DNA of 64,000 nucleotides from Candidatus Cloacimonadota bacterium (GTDB lineage Bacteria > Cloacimonadota > Cloacimonadia > Cloacimonadales > DAONDQ01). The stretch spans positions 2,682 to 66,681 of the forward strand of contig DAONDQ010000003.1 in the NCBI GenBank assembly GCA_035402645.1, read 5' to 3'. The position numbers and the translations under genes are program-made. Shown here one piece after another: positions 29,144 through 39,177 of this stretch (position 1 is its first letter; every line of letters begins with the position of its first letter). The notes beneath the pieces are model-generated. The model was not told the origin of the DNA and did no database searches. It saw nothing but the letters and a program-made list of their open reading frames with translations.

Positions 29144-29311
29144 CGTCTTCTCCATTATTGCTTTTTCTCAAGTTTACTCAAAGACTAAAATCCAATTATA
29201 CTTGTCAATTGAAATTAAAGGGTTTATAATAAGTAGTGCTGTAGCGTTTTGCGGTATGAACCTGCCTGGACTTCCTGTTTAAATTTCTTCTTTTTTATTA
29301 TTCATTCTGAA

Positions 29312-29809
29312 TCAGGAAAGCGCTTCTTCTATTGCGTCTATGACCACTTTGTCTAATGGCTTAACAGGGGTTTTGAACCGATTAATGATCTTTCCTTCCC
29401 TCGAGATAAGAAATTTATTGAAATTCCAGGTGATGGTTCCATTGAATTTGGGGTTAGTTTCCTTGCTGGTCAGATACTTGTAGAGAGGATGAATGTCCTT
29501 TCCTTTCACCGATATCTTCCAAAACATGGGGAAAGTCACATGATAATTCACCTGGCAGAAGTGCAGAATTTCCTCATTGTTACCGGGTTCCTGGTGCAGG
29601 AAGTTGTTGGCTGGAAAACCAAGAATAACGAATCCTTTATCCTGATAACGATCATAAAGTTGCTGCAACCCGCCATATTGTGGTGTATAACCGCATTTAC
29701 TGGCAGTGTTTACGATTAATAACACTTTGCCTTTGTATTCATCAAGTGACTTGTCAAAACCATAGATATCCTTCACGGTAAATTGATAGATGGATTGTGT
29801 TGTTTCCAT
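29312..29809 (-). CDS. glutathione peroxidase family protein (Cys-type)
   Basis: NTASKCGYTPQY, LGFPANNFLHQEPG and WNFNKFLI match the three GPx signature blocks. The active-site codon is TGC (Cys), not TGA. Confidence 0.9.
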   Translation of the reverse strand: METTQSIYQFTVKDIYGFDKSLDEYKGKVLLIVNTASKCGYTPQYGGLQQLYDRYQDKGFVILGFPANNFLHQEPGNNEEILHFCQVNYHVTFPMFWKISVKGKDIHPLYKYLTSKETNPKFNGTITWNFNKFLISREGKIINRFKTPVKPLDKVVIDAIEEALS

Positions 29810-29946
29810 GCCTGTTCCTCCAAGAACATACTTTTACTAAAAAAATAAACATATTCGTTCCATAGAACAATCAAAACAATCACAGCGAACGACTCTAAAA
29901 AATTACTGAATCCTCACTTAAATTTCCCTTATCCATCTCTTACGTT

Positions 29947-30001
29947 TTAAGAGAATCTTAAGAGAGGCTTGAGGGATGCTTAGGTGTTGTTTAAGTGTCG
30001 C
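29947..30001. repeat. five tandem 11-bp units, consensus TTAAGnGnnGC
   Basis: Units start at 29947, 29958, 29969, 29980 and 29991: TTAAGAGAATC, TTAAGAGAGGC, TTGAGGGATGC, TTAGGTGTTGT, TTAAGTGTCGC. Positions 1, 2, 5 and 7 are invariant. Confidence 0.8.
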
Positions 30002-30339
30002 TCTTTGAGTGCTGATTTCAAACAGTAAGCTTGTCTTTCGCCTGCAGTATGATTTCCAAGTCCAGTTCTAACATATTTATTAATAAAAATAGAATGTTTA
30101 TTATGAAAATTCTGAATAGTCAAACGCTTAGTTAACAATTAGAGAAAAGAGCATGATATTTTTACTATTGTCATATATATATTTGTTAGTTAATTACGCA
30201 CAAGTTGTCCACCAATTTTCCGAAATAGTCACACTTAATCTATGAAGGGATGTTGTGCCCATAATAGAGTTTCTCATGTCATTTTTTTGTGATTTAACAT
30301 CATAATTGCGCAATTAATCACTACGAATATGGAGATGAA

Positions 30340-33300
30340 ATGAAAAGAATACTTTTATTGATTATTATCATGAGTCTAGCCATTATGAATTTATATGCTC
30401 ATATGCAGTGGGTTCATCAAAGAATAACTCATGAAGCTTTCGATTTATTAAAGTTATCATATCCATCAAGCTACCATGGTCTCGATGAAATGGAATCATA
30501 TTTAGGAACAGATGAAACATATGACCAACACTGGAATGATAGTCCTAATTCAAGCTATGCTGGCCCTAAATTAGGGGATTCGAAAATTACCTCAGGATCT
30601 TGGGTAGAAGATGAATTTGATATAGTTTATCATTATGGTTATCCGAAAATGCCCGATTATGGACCGATTGACCAGATAGCTTATGATTTACTTGATTTAA
30701 CTAACTTGGTAAATAATAATAAAACACATAGAACAATCACGCATTTTTGGGATGCAGATAATGGTGGAGAAAATGCTTCTACTCATTTAACTGATACAAT
30801 TAGTGGTGATATAGGGCAAGCAACCTGGGATTTTACAATACCTGAAAATGCAATGAAAAAGATTCGAGCTTACCAAACTGGAAATTACGTTGAAAGGCAT
30901 ATGTACCCAGACGGAACATCAGTTTATATAGATGGATCAGGATATCAACAAGTATGGTATACGGATCATGCTTTACCAGGAATCATCGGCTTGTACAATG
31001 CTAATGGTCAAATGGGGCATATTGTTGGATACGAGAATCTTACTAATATAGTAAGCTGTAATGTTCCATATTATATATTGGGTAAGCCATATGCTTATAA
31101 CAGACTAGGCAGAATGTGCCATCTCTTGGAGGATATGTCGATTCCTGCTCATGCACATTGCACTTCACATGCAGGTCAACAGGGTATGTATAAAGATGAA
31201 TATGAAGTTGATGAAGGAGATAAGTATTTCAGTTGGGCAGCCAATGAAGTGTTTAATCAATTCGGTAGCTATATTGATGTTATGAATGAACCGGATCCCC
31301 TCTACGACCTAATGTATATAATGAACCAAGTCGGTGATCACTATGCGGATGGTAAAAGGAACGGTGATGACAATTATGATCATAGCATTCCATATCTAGA
31401 CGCGATTTATCAGACTTTAGGCAATCAGACCCATACAAGTGATATTAATTATAACTCAACATACGATAATTTCATCAATAATCCGAACTTCAACGAAATG
31501 TACAATACAATTGTACCTCAGACAATCCGTGCTACAGCAGGTTTACTATATTGGTTTGGGATTGAAACAGGACAACTTTCACCACCTCCACCTGCAATGA
31601 TGGTGAGTGGGTGTGTGCATTATGCAAACCAACAGAACCATGCAAATATCAAAGTGGAATTGAATTATGCCGGTGGACAAGCATATGCTACTACTAATTC
31701 CAGCGGATGTTATACGTTTTACATTCCTCCCAGATTCTGGGGGCAAAGAATTACAATTACATGTTCAGACCCCCATTACTATGATAATTATCAAGAAATT
31801 ACTACTGATCCTACTGGGCAAAATATGGATATTCCTTTAACTGTAATTAACCCTGTTAATTTTAATCAAATGTATGTATCTGATTCGCATAATCCAAATG
31901 CCTTTGTATCCATTGACCAGGCAATGGAATTTATTAATCTGATGATTTCAGACCATATGGTAAGTAATAATGAAGTCTACCTGAATATCCTTCCAGGAGA
32001 TATTGATTTATCAGATTGTACTTTGCATAATACTAATACAATTCCTCTCAACATAACATTGAGAGGTTTATCAGGGGCAACAGTTAGACGAGTCGATAAT
32101 GATGGGAAGAATGAGATCTCAATTGAGAACTGTAAACTTACTTTTCAGAATGTGCATTTTATAAGCAATTCTCCTTTATATGTACCCGAACAAAACGGAC
32201 TCCAAAACACAAATGCGATGAAATTAAGCAATGATGCAACTTCTTCATTTACATTCATAAATTGTATATTTGATTATCCGCCTGAAACGGGAAATATAAG
32301 TAATAGAGTGATTGCCTCCAATTCCTTTAGTATTGCGTTTATTAATTGTACCATGTCAAATTTCGGTATTTGTCGTGAAGGATTTGGTGATGGTTCCATG
32401 CACTTTGATAATTGCAATCATATATCTTTTGATTTATGCACGTTTCATGATTGCGGGTCTAATTTAGGAGGAGCGATCTTTGCGGCTGATGTAAATGATC
32501 TTCGAATCACAAACTGCCATTTTAATAACAACATAGCTGTTTCTCTTTCATTAACTGCACATGGAAAGGGAGGGGCTTTATATCTTGAAAATTGTACTCG
32601 TCCTTTAATAAAAAACAACACATTTCTTGAAAATGAAGTTTCTTCTGGAGGATCTGCGATTCATTGTGAAAGGAATCTATTAAATCCTATAAACTTTGTA
32701 ATAAGTAATAACCTCTTTCAAAACAACAAAATCTTTGATGATGTTAATATAACAACTGATATGAATCAGGTGGCTGATGCAATTCTCTTTGATGATGTTC
32801 TATTAGGAAGTGAATCGAAGTTCTATAATAATATCATTATAGATAACAACGAAACCCACAACGCTTGCATAATCAGATATATACATAGTCAAGGATATCT
32901 CAATATCAATAATACAGATTTCATAGCTTCAACAAATGGAAGTCTCGTATTAGCTTCAGATGAATCAACTATTCCAACAATCTTCGATAATTGTATTTTC
33001 AGTTCAGGTAACGGAAGTTCACAATTTGTTTGTCAAACTCTACCAGTCATCAAATACTCTTATTATACGTCATCGTTGAATATCAATGGGGCTATTCCCA
33101 TAAACCTTGATCATGTAAGCCAAGTTAATTATTCAGATTTGAAATTAGATGAACACTATATACCTATCTGGAATGATACATATAGATCTCCATGTATTGA
33201 TGCCGGTGCTCCAGATACAGATCCTGGAATATCATTCTTAAATGTTCCATGGGATGTTGATAGTGATAATTCCAGATATGACATTGGAGCATGTATTCAA

Positions 33301-34734
33301 CAGAATCCAGGGCATGCGAACGGAATCATTACCTTAAAGAAAAGTGAAGAATGGAATTGGATTAGCATTCCAGCAGTTGACGCATTTGCGAATTCGACAC
33401 GGTACGCTGATCATATTTTTAACGTTTTCAATAACTTTCAGAATAACGGATTATTTGAAGATCGTGATCAATATAGACTCCTTGAAGAAATGGATTGGTT
33501 GTATAATGACCATTCTGGCAAGGTTAATTGGGATAGCCAGCATGGAGCCTTCGCAACTTTAGAACCCGAACATCAAGTCAGATGTCAATATGGTTACAAA
33601 GTTCAGCTGAGGAGAGATGAAGGTAGTTTTGTCTGCCCAGACAAGAAAGTAATTGAGTACGACGGTTTCAAACCCGGAAGCGTTCCTGGTAATATTATCT
33701 CGACACTTGAAATTATGCCTCCTGTTGTGGGAGAACTGGGTTGCAATATAAATCCTGAAACAGGTGTTTTAGAGAGAGAAACCTGGTTGGGATACTGGCT
33801 TGATAAGAGCATGAGTCCTTTTGTTGCTCTTGCACCTGTTCTTCCTTTTATCGTTTCCATTAAAGCGCAGGATTGGTGCATGGAAAGAGAACTGACAGGT
33901 AATCCAAATCATCCTTATTCTGAAAACTGGTTAGGTGTTATCGAAAATGGAGAAGATTTAGCCATTAACCAGGGTGAAATGGTTGCAGTCAAATATATCG
34001 GAACTTCTGATGCTCAATTTCATTGGGGTGGCGAGGACCTTGAACCTCCTTCATCTCCATACTTCAAAAGAGAGAAACCTGAACATTTCGTATATAATCC
34101 AAAAGAAGATTACTTACCTATATTTGCTTATATTGATCTATCAGGTTACGAGGAAGGAAAAGAACCTGCTGAAATTGCATTCTACGTGGATGGCGTTTGT
34201 AAAGGTGCAGAGAAAATTAAGGGAGAGGAAGTACAGTTGAAGGCTTACGTGATGGATGATCCATTCTTTGAGGATAAAACGATTGAATTCAAGTTATGGT
34301 CTCCTATAAAATCAGTCTCAGAGACTAATGCATCTTATCAAGTGATGAATAATCAAACAGGCAATTATAATTCACAACCAATCTCCTTGAATAATTGCGG
34401 GGACTATATCAGAGTTAGGTTGTATGACTCTGGAACTACTGTCCCATATTTGCCCACAATAACATCATTGATCGGCAACTACCCTAATCCTTTCAATCCT
34501 GAAACCACAATTAAGTATGCTCTTGCGAATCAATCTGATGTGCATCTTGATGTGTTTAATATTAAAGGTCAAAAAGTCAAAACACTCGTCAATGATAAGA
34601 AATCAGCAGGTTATTATTCTGTGAAATGGGATGGCAAAGATGATAATGGTCATCAAGTTTCATCTGGAGTGTATTTCACCAGATTTATCGGTGACAAGAA
34701 AAACTTGACCAGGAAAATGATCCTGTTAAAGTAA
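30340..34734 (+). CDS. giant secreted protein: Zn-dependent phospholipase C / S1-P1-nuclease-fold N-terminal domain + carboxypeptidase-regulatory-like domain + right-handed beta-helix + T9SS sorting domain
   Basis: Signal peptide. Mature N-terminus HMQWVHQRITHEAF. THFWDADNG and MCHLLEDMSIPAHAH parallel the HFWDPD and AMHYFGDIDTPYHPAN blocks of clostridial/Bacillus PLC. Beta-helix repeats follow (NCHFNNNIA, NNTFLENEV, SNNLFQNNK). The CTD NYPNPFNPETTIKY...GVYFTRF...KMILLK starts near 34477. Confidence 0.8.
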   Translation: MKRILLLIIIMSLAIMNLYAHMQWVHQRITHEAFDLLKLSYPSSYHGLDEMESYLGTDETYDQHWNDSPNSSYAGPKLGDSKITSGSWVEDEFDIVYHYGYPKMPDYGPIDQIAYDLLDLTNLVNNNKTHRTITHFWDADNGGENASTHLTDTISGDIGQATWDFTIPENAMKKIRAYQTGNYVERHMYPDGTSVYIDGSGYQQVWYTDHALPGIIGLYNANGQMGHIVGYENLTNIVSCNVPYYILGKPYAYNRLGRMCHLLEDMSIPAHAHCTSHAGQQGMYKDEYEVDEGDKYFSWAANEVFNQFGSYIDVMNEPDPLYDLMYIMNQVGDHYADGKRNGDDNYDHSIPYLDAIYQTLGNQTHTSDINYNSTYDNFINNPNFNEMYNTIVPQTIRATAGLLYWFGIETGQLSPPPPAMMVSGCVHYANQQNHANIKVELNYAGGQAYATTNSSGCYTFYIPPRFWGQRITITCSDPHYYDNYQEITTDPTGQNMDIPLTVINPVNFNQMYVSDSHNPNAFVSIDQAMEFINLMISDHMVSNNEVYLNILPGDIDLSDCTLHNTNTIPLNITLRGLSGATVRRVDNDGKNEISIENCKLTFQNVHFISNSPLYVPEQNGLQNTNAMKLSNDATSSFTFINCIFDYPPETGNISNRVIASNSFSIAFINCTMSNFGICREGFGDGSMHFDNCNHISFDLCTFHDCGSNLGGAIFAADVNDLRITNCHFNNNIAVSLSLTAHGKGGALYLENCTRPLIKNNTFLENEVSSGGSAIHCERNLLNPINFVISNNLFQNNKIFDDVNITTDMNQVADAILFDDVLLGSESKFYNNIIIDNNETHNACIIRYIHSQGYLNINNTDFIASTNGSLVLASDESTIPTIFDNCIFSSGNGSSQFVCQTLPVIKYSYYTSSLNINGAIPINLDHVSQVNYSDLKLDEHYIPIWNDTYRSPCIDAGAPDTDPGISFLNVPWDVDSDNSRYDIGACIQQNPGHANGIITLKKSEEWNWISIPAVDAFANSTRYADHIFNVFNNFQNNGLFEDRDQYRLLEEMDWLYNDHSGKVNWDSQHGAFATLEPEHQVRCQYGYKVQLRRDEGSFVCPDKKVIEYDGFKPGSVPGNIISTLEIMPPVVGELGCNINPETGVLERETWLGYWLDKSMSPFVALAPVLPFIVSIKAQDWCMERELTGNPNHPYSENWLGVIENGEDLAINQGEMVAVKYIGTSDAQFHWGGEDLEPPSSPYFKREKPEHFVYNPKEDYLPIFAYIDLSGYEEGKEPAEIAFYVDGVCKGAEKIKGEEVQLKAYVMDDPFFEDKTIEFKLWSPIKSVSETNASYQVMNNQTGNYNSQPISLNNCGDYIRVRLYDSGTTVPYLPTITSLIGNYPNPFNPETTIKYALANQSDVHLDVFNIKGQKVKTLVNDKKSAGYYSVKWDGKDDNGHQVSSGVYFTRFIGDKKNLTRKMILLK

Positions 34735-34795
34735 TGTAGAATGTAAGGATAGACATTTGTGCCTATTCTATAAATATGAATGAATGCTGATGAAT

Positions 34796-34829
34796 TTAAG
34801 CAGGTGGAGCATTGTCTCCACCTGCTTAA
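34796..34829 (+). promoter_or_regulatory. perfect 14-bp stem-loop between two cargo genes (no U-tract), abutting the next gene's SD
   Basis: TTAAGCAGGTGGAG (34796-34809), loop CATTGT, CTCCACCTGCTTAA (34816-34829). The SD-like AAGGA at 34828-34832 shares 2 nt with the stem. ATG is at 34839. Confidence 0.6.
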
Positions 34830-34838
34830 GGATAAAAA

Positions 34839-37256
34839 ATGAAGTATCTGATTATTATCTGGTTTGCACTTTTAATGCAAACCTGCTACTGTTTTACCTG
34901 GACTGTTTCTCTTGATGGAACTCATGATTTGACAAGTATCCAACTCGCGATTGATGTTTCCTCTAGTGGAGACATAATCCAGGTTTATCCCGGTGTCTAT
35001 GCTGAAACTTTGGAAACGAATGGGAAATCAATTACACTGCAAAGTCTGTATCCTATAACTCTTTCCCAGGAAACTATTAATACAACAATCATTCACCCGG
35101 TCACAGTATCATCCTGTATTGAAATCGATCATGGAGAAACAGTGACAATAAATGGTTTTACCATAACAAATAATGAACCTGTGAATATGCTGCCTATAAT
35201 GGTTGATGCCAATCATGATGGTTATTTTGGAGGCTGTTTAGAAATCACGGATAACTCAAGTGTATCAATTTTAAATTGTGTGATTCAGAATTGCATGGCT
35301 CCCTGCGGTGGGATATATTTTGATGGTTCATCTTTTTATATGTCCAATACTACGGTAAGGGATTGCATTGGTACAGAATTAGGCGGTGGGGTGACAATAG
35401 AGGCATATGACGATTCAAATGTTGTTTTTGACTCCATTCATCCCAACAGTATCTATAATAACTTGGGAGAGGATATTTTCATTAGAAATGTTCCCAATTT
35501 AAGTATTTCATTAGATACTTTCAGCATCATTCTAAGTGAACCGGACTTTGTATTCTTTTATGTGATTGATTGTCCCAACATCCAAATCAATATTCAGCAT
35601 CAATATCTCAGCCTGATCAACCAAGATCTTTATGTGTCTCCTGATGGTAGTGATACTAATTCTGGCTTATCGACTTCAGATCCCTTCCAGACAATTGACC
35701 ATGCAATTAAAGTCATTCAGCCGGATAGTTTGAATCCCAAGACGATACATCTGGCTGCAGGGAATTACTCAATAGCCGGTAATAATCAGTATTTCCCATT
35801 ACGAATGAAATCCCATACCAGGCTTATTGGTGATAGTTCAAACTATCCTATTCTCGATGAAAATAATGGTTGCCGTTTTTTTTATTTGGATGTAGGTTAT
35901 GCGAATGATGTTGAAGTCAGCAATCTTAACTTCGTTGCCTATACTGAATCAGCAGCGCCATTAGGTTTCGGCTATTCGCAAAATGTGAAATTCAGTAATC
36001 TAATCATGGATGGTGATTTTGGCTCACTTGATGGTTTCATTGGTTTGAGTTCTTCCAATATTATCATAGAAAATGTACTGATAAAGAATTCTTCAGTTGA
36101 TAATTTACAAAACACAGCATTCCGAATCTTATTTGTAGATAACTTAGTCATTAATAATTGTATTGTCGATAATCTGAATATCACAGATTATGACGCCAAT
36201 AGGATAGGCTATGAGTTGAATGATTCTGATGTAACAATTCGTAACAGTATCATATCGAACTGCACTGGAGGCGATACTACTGTTTTCTTTTATCAGAATA
36301 TCAATGAAGAGGATAGTACATATAATCTTGATATGTCTAATATGCTGATCTTTAATAACTATTCAGAAATCAATGACCCCTGGGCACCTGCACTTGTTCT
36401 GATCCATAACCATTTCCAAAGAACACAAATATCAAATTGTACGATTGCCAATAACAATGGCAGTGACACATGTCCCATTCAAATCACGGGAGATGCGGAT
36501 ATCCGGAATTGTATCTTTTATAATCCGGATATGTATTGGGATGTGGGTTTTATCACTTTGGATGAAGGTAATCAATATCACCCCTCCATCAGTAATACGC
36601 TTTTGCACAGAACTGTTGCTGCCGATAATCTGTCTGCTGTCACACAAAACGAGATGATCAACAACAGCAATCCTCTGTTTCTCGGCTCAACGACTGATAC
36701 CTTAGCAATAACACAGCCTGAATATTATTATTTGAGTGCCAATTCTCCCTGTATTGATAATGGAGTGGCAGATACGACTGGTCTAAACATTCCCCTTATG
36801 GATTTGGCAGGTAACCATAGAGTATGGAACAACCGTATTGACATGGGCTGTTATGAGTATGGGTCTGAGCCTGTAGGCAATGATGACCAGACAGCTACGG
36901 TTGATCCTGAGAAGATTACATTATCCACCTATCCCAATCCTGTATATATCTCAGGTGCAAAAGGCGGATATGTGTTCCTTGAGTTCACTTTGCCTGAGAG
37001 AGCCAAAGAACCACCATTGATTGAGATATTTAATATCAGAGGACAAAGAGTCAAATCCATGAAACTCAGCGAAAGTTACACCAGTTTGGTACACAAAGCC
37101 GGATTATCCAACCAGGTTAAGCAGAATGGAGAGTTCTTTTCCACCGTTTGGGATTGCCGGAATGATAATACTCAGAAAATTGCTTCAGGATTGTATATCG
37201 TGAGAGTGACTTCTGGAAGTCAGAAGGCTGTGAAGAAGATGATGGTGATTCATTAA
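34839..37256 (+). CDS. secreted right-handed beta-helix (pectin-lyase-fold) repeat protein with divergent T9SS sorting domain
   Basis: Signal peptide MKYLIIIWFALLMQTCYCF. DUF1565-like LYVSPDGSDTNSGLSTSDPFQTIDHAI. Multiple NxxIxNC beta-helix turns. The C-terminus YPNPVYISG...IEIFNIRGQRVKSM...GLYIVRVTSGSQKAVKKMMVIH carries an insertion. Confidence 0.8.
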   Translation: MKYLIIIWFALLMQTCYCFTWTVSLDGTHDLTSIQLAIDVSSSGDIIQVYPGVYAETLETNGKSITLQSLYPITLSQETINTTIIHPVTVSSCIEIDHGETVTINGFTITNNEPVNMLPIMVDANHDGYFGGCLEITDNSSVSILNCVIQNCMAPCGGIYFDGSSFYMSNTTVRDCIGTELGGGVTIEAYDDSNVVFDSIHPNSIYNNLGEDIFIRNVPNLSISLDTFSIILSEPDFVFFYVIDCPNIQINIQHQYLSLINQDLYVSPDGSDTNSGLSTSDPFQTIDHAIKVIQPDSLNPKTIHLAAGNYSIAGNNQYFPLRMKSHTRLIGDSSNYPILDENNGCRFFYLDVGYANDVEVSNLNFVAYTESAAPLGFGYSQNVKFSNLIMDGDFGSLDGFIGLSSSNIIIENVLIKNSSVDNLQNTAFRILFVDNLVINNCIVDNLNITDYDANRIGYELNDSDVTIRNSIISNCTGGDTTVFFYQNINEEDSTYNLDMSNMLIFNNYSEINDPWAPALVLIHNHFQRTQISNCTIANNNGSDTCPIQITGDADIRNCIFYNPDMYWDVGFITLDEGNQYHPSISNTLLHRTVAADNLSAVTQNEMINNSNPLFLGSTTDTLAITQPEYYYLSANSPCIDNGVADTTGLNIPLMDLAGNHRVWNNRIDMGCYEYGSEPVGNDDQTATVDPEKITLSTYPNPVYISGAKGGYVFLEFTLPERAKEPPLIEIFNIRGQRVKSMKLSESYTSLVHKAGLSNQVKQNGEFFSTVWDCRNDNTQKIASGLYIVRVTSGSQKAVKKMMVIH

Positions 37257-37359
37257 ATTTGATACATAAAAAGATATTCATGGTTTTTTCAAAACAACTT
37301 TCTTAATTTATTCAATAACTTGTAGGGTCCCTTTCATAGGAAAAATAGTTTTCTTTTTT

Positions 37360-38976
37360 TTAGGTGAACTGAACCACATTATCCTTCGCCTGCACAATCA
37401 CTTCAAGGTCCAACCCAAGTATCTCGGCAATACGTATTGCAACCTGGGGCACCTTCTGTCCCTTGGTGACGGGCAACAGACTGTATTTAATCCTACGGTT
37501 CAATTCCTGTATCCTTTCCTTCACAGGAAGAATGCTTAATGCCTTGAAGTCGGATTCCGACAGACCGGACATCAGGAAATGTCCTGCTTCCGAGATGTTG
37601 GCAGGAGCCTGGAAATGCGTAGCAGAGAATGTGATGGCATTCTTCAGGATCATTGTTGATAAGAGCGCAGCGCAGAGAGCTTCACCCTCAACGGGATTTG
37701 TCCCCCGGGCAAATTCATCGACCAGGAATAGTCCGAATCCCTTCTGCTCGAGTGCTTCCTGCATGGCGACGACATCACGAGCAAAGCTGCTGAGATCCGG
37801 CTGTTTCCTTTGGCTGTCTTCTCCAGAGAAAAAGATAAAATTGAATAAAGGTAATTCAGCAGATTCAGCAGGGATCGGTATCGCATGTGATGCGAGGAAG
37901 GCTGCCTGCCCAACTGATTTCAAAGCGGATGTCTTTCCCGCCATGTTGGCACCAATCACGATATTCAGTTTATTTTTCAGCACAATATCCATCTCTTCAT
38001 AATCTCTGCTGATTTCTGAAAGTTGCATTTTCAATGGTATGTTCACTGATTTCCGAAGAGTGATGCTCTTTTTCTTGATGATCTTGGGAATACAGCAATA
38101 ATGCTCAAGACCAAAGGATGCCTTTGCCATTCTGAGATCGAGCTCTGCCAGGGTATTCAAGGCATTGGCAAGGTGTTTGGAAGAAAGTCCGATCTTCTTC
38201 GAGATAACTGTAAGAACCTCAGCTTCCACCTGTTCCAGTTTTTTCTGTAACTTCTGCATTTCGGAACGCATCTTAGTCAATTCAGGTGTTTCCTTCAGAT
38301 GGAATACCCGATTATTAAAGTTGCTCTTCCCTTCCCTGAAGAAAGGCGATTTCTCGATCTTTTCAAGTTGTGCAGTATTCGCCCTGTCGATCACGACATC
38401 ATATCCGACCATTTCCATCCCGAGCGATCGTGCAGCCTTGGTTCGAGTGTTGAGGAACCACTGCTTTTCAGTGCTGGAAAGTGTATTCAGCTTTTCCCTG
38501 ATGGAAGAAAGCTCTTTGGAATAAGCGTCTGAAAGATAAAAATGCGGTTGATTTTGCTTATCCTGGTCCAGGTATTCGAATAATTCCTGGAAATCATGAC
38601 ATTCTGCAATCGCCTTCAGGCTATTGGAAATGAGAATTTTCTGGATGCGCAGCACATAGTAGAGGAAATGCTTGATCTCAAAAATCTCATGCAAGGCAAG
38701 AACATTGGATTCACAGCGCCTGATGGTTCCGTGAATATCCTCGACATTCTTCAGGAGGTCTTGCAGGACGATGAAGTCACCCGGTTCCTGCAGCCTGAAA
38801 TTCATCATGAGATGAATCATATCGTATTCACAGACAAGCTTTTCCTCCTCTCCATGGATATATACTTTTTCATGAAGCTTACACTTTCTGCCCGGTTCTG
38901 AAACGGGCATGATCTGTTCCATGAGAAGATCTGTCTGTAAAGCCAATGATGTGTTCTTGTCTATGAAATGAGGCAT
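37360..38976 (-). CDS. MutS-family domain-V ATPase paralogue (no mismatch-binding domain, no Smr)
   Basis: Walker A motif IGANMAGKTSALKS and Walker B/signature LFLVDEFARGTNPVEGEAL in the C-terminal half. The N-terminal half is helical and unassigned. Confidence 0.75.
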   Translation of the reverse strand: MPHFIDKNTSLALQTDLLMEQIMPVSEPGRKCKLHEKVYIHGEEEKLVCEYDMIHLMMNFRLQEPGDFIVLQDLLKNVEDIHGTIRRCESNVLALHEIFEIKHFLYYVLRIQKILISNSLKAIAECHDFQELFEYLDQDKQNQPHFYLSDAYSKELSSIREKLNTLSSTEKQWFLNTRTKAARSLGMEMVGYDVVIDRANTAQLEKIEKSPFFREGKSNFNNRVFHLKETPELTKMRSEMQKLQKKLEQVEAEVLTVISKKIGLSSKHLANALNTLAELDLRMAKASFGLEHYCCIPKIIKKKSITLRKSVNIPLKMQLSEISRDYEEMDIVLKNKLNIVIGANMAGKTSALKSVGQAAFLASHAIPIPAESAELPLFNFIFFSGEDSQRKQPDLSSFARDVVAMQEALEQKGFGLFLVDEFARGTNPVEGEALCAALLSTMILKNAITFSATHFQAPANISEAGHFLMSGLSESDFKALSILPVKERIQELNRRIKYSLLPVTKGQKVPQVAIRIAEILGLDLEVIVQAKDNVVQFT

Positions 38977-39111
38977 GTTTCCTCCATGATTTCAAACAAT
39001 ATGCTGATTGTTGGGAGAGGATTAATTTGGGCAAGAAAATAATGCAGAGAGTGACAGGTGCAAGGTTTCTGGTGCAGGTTGAAAGAATTCATGCAATCAT
39101 CGTAATTATCC

Positions 39112-39136
39112 TTGACAGCATGTTAAATATTATAGG
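39112..39136 (+). promoter_or_regulatory. candidate promoter
   Basis: TTGACA at 39112-39117. TATTAT follows after 10 nt and TATAGG after 13 nt. AAGGAG SD at 39166-39171 and ATG at 39178. The spacing is non-canonical. Confidence 0.3.
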
Positions 39137-39177
39137 AAAATCAAATAGTGTTTTCCTAATCAGTAAAGGAGAGTAAA

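Noticed and set aside
29690-29712. Possible selenocysteine (TGA recoding) in the glutathione peroxidase homologue.
   Set aside because: The minus strand reads ...ACT GCC AGT AAA TGC GGT..., so the active-site codon is TGC (Cys). There is no in-frame TGA and no need for a SECIS element.
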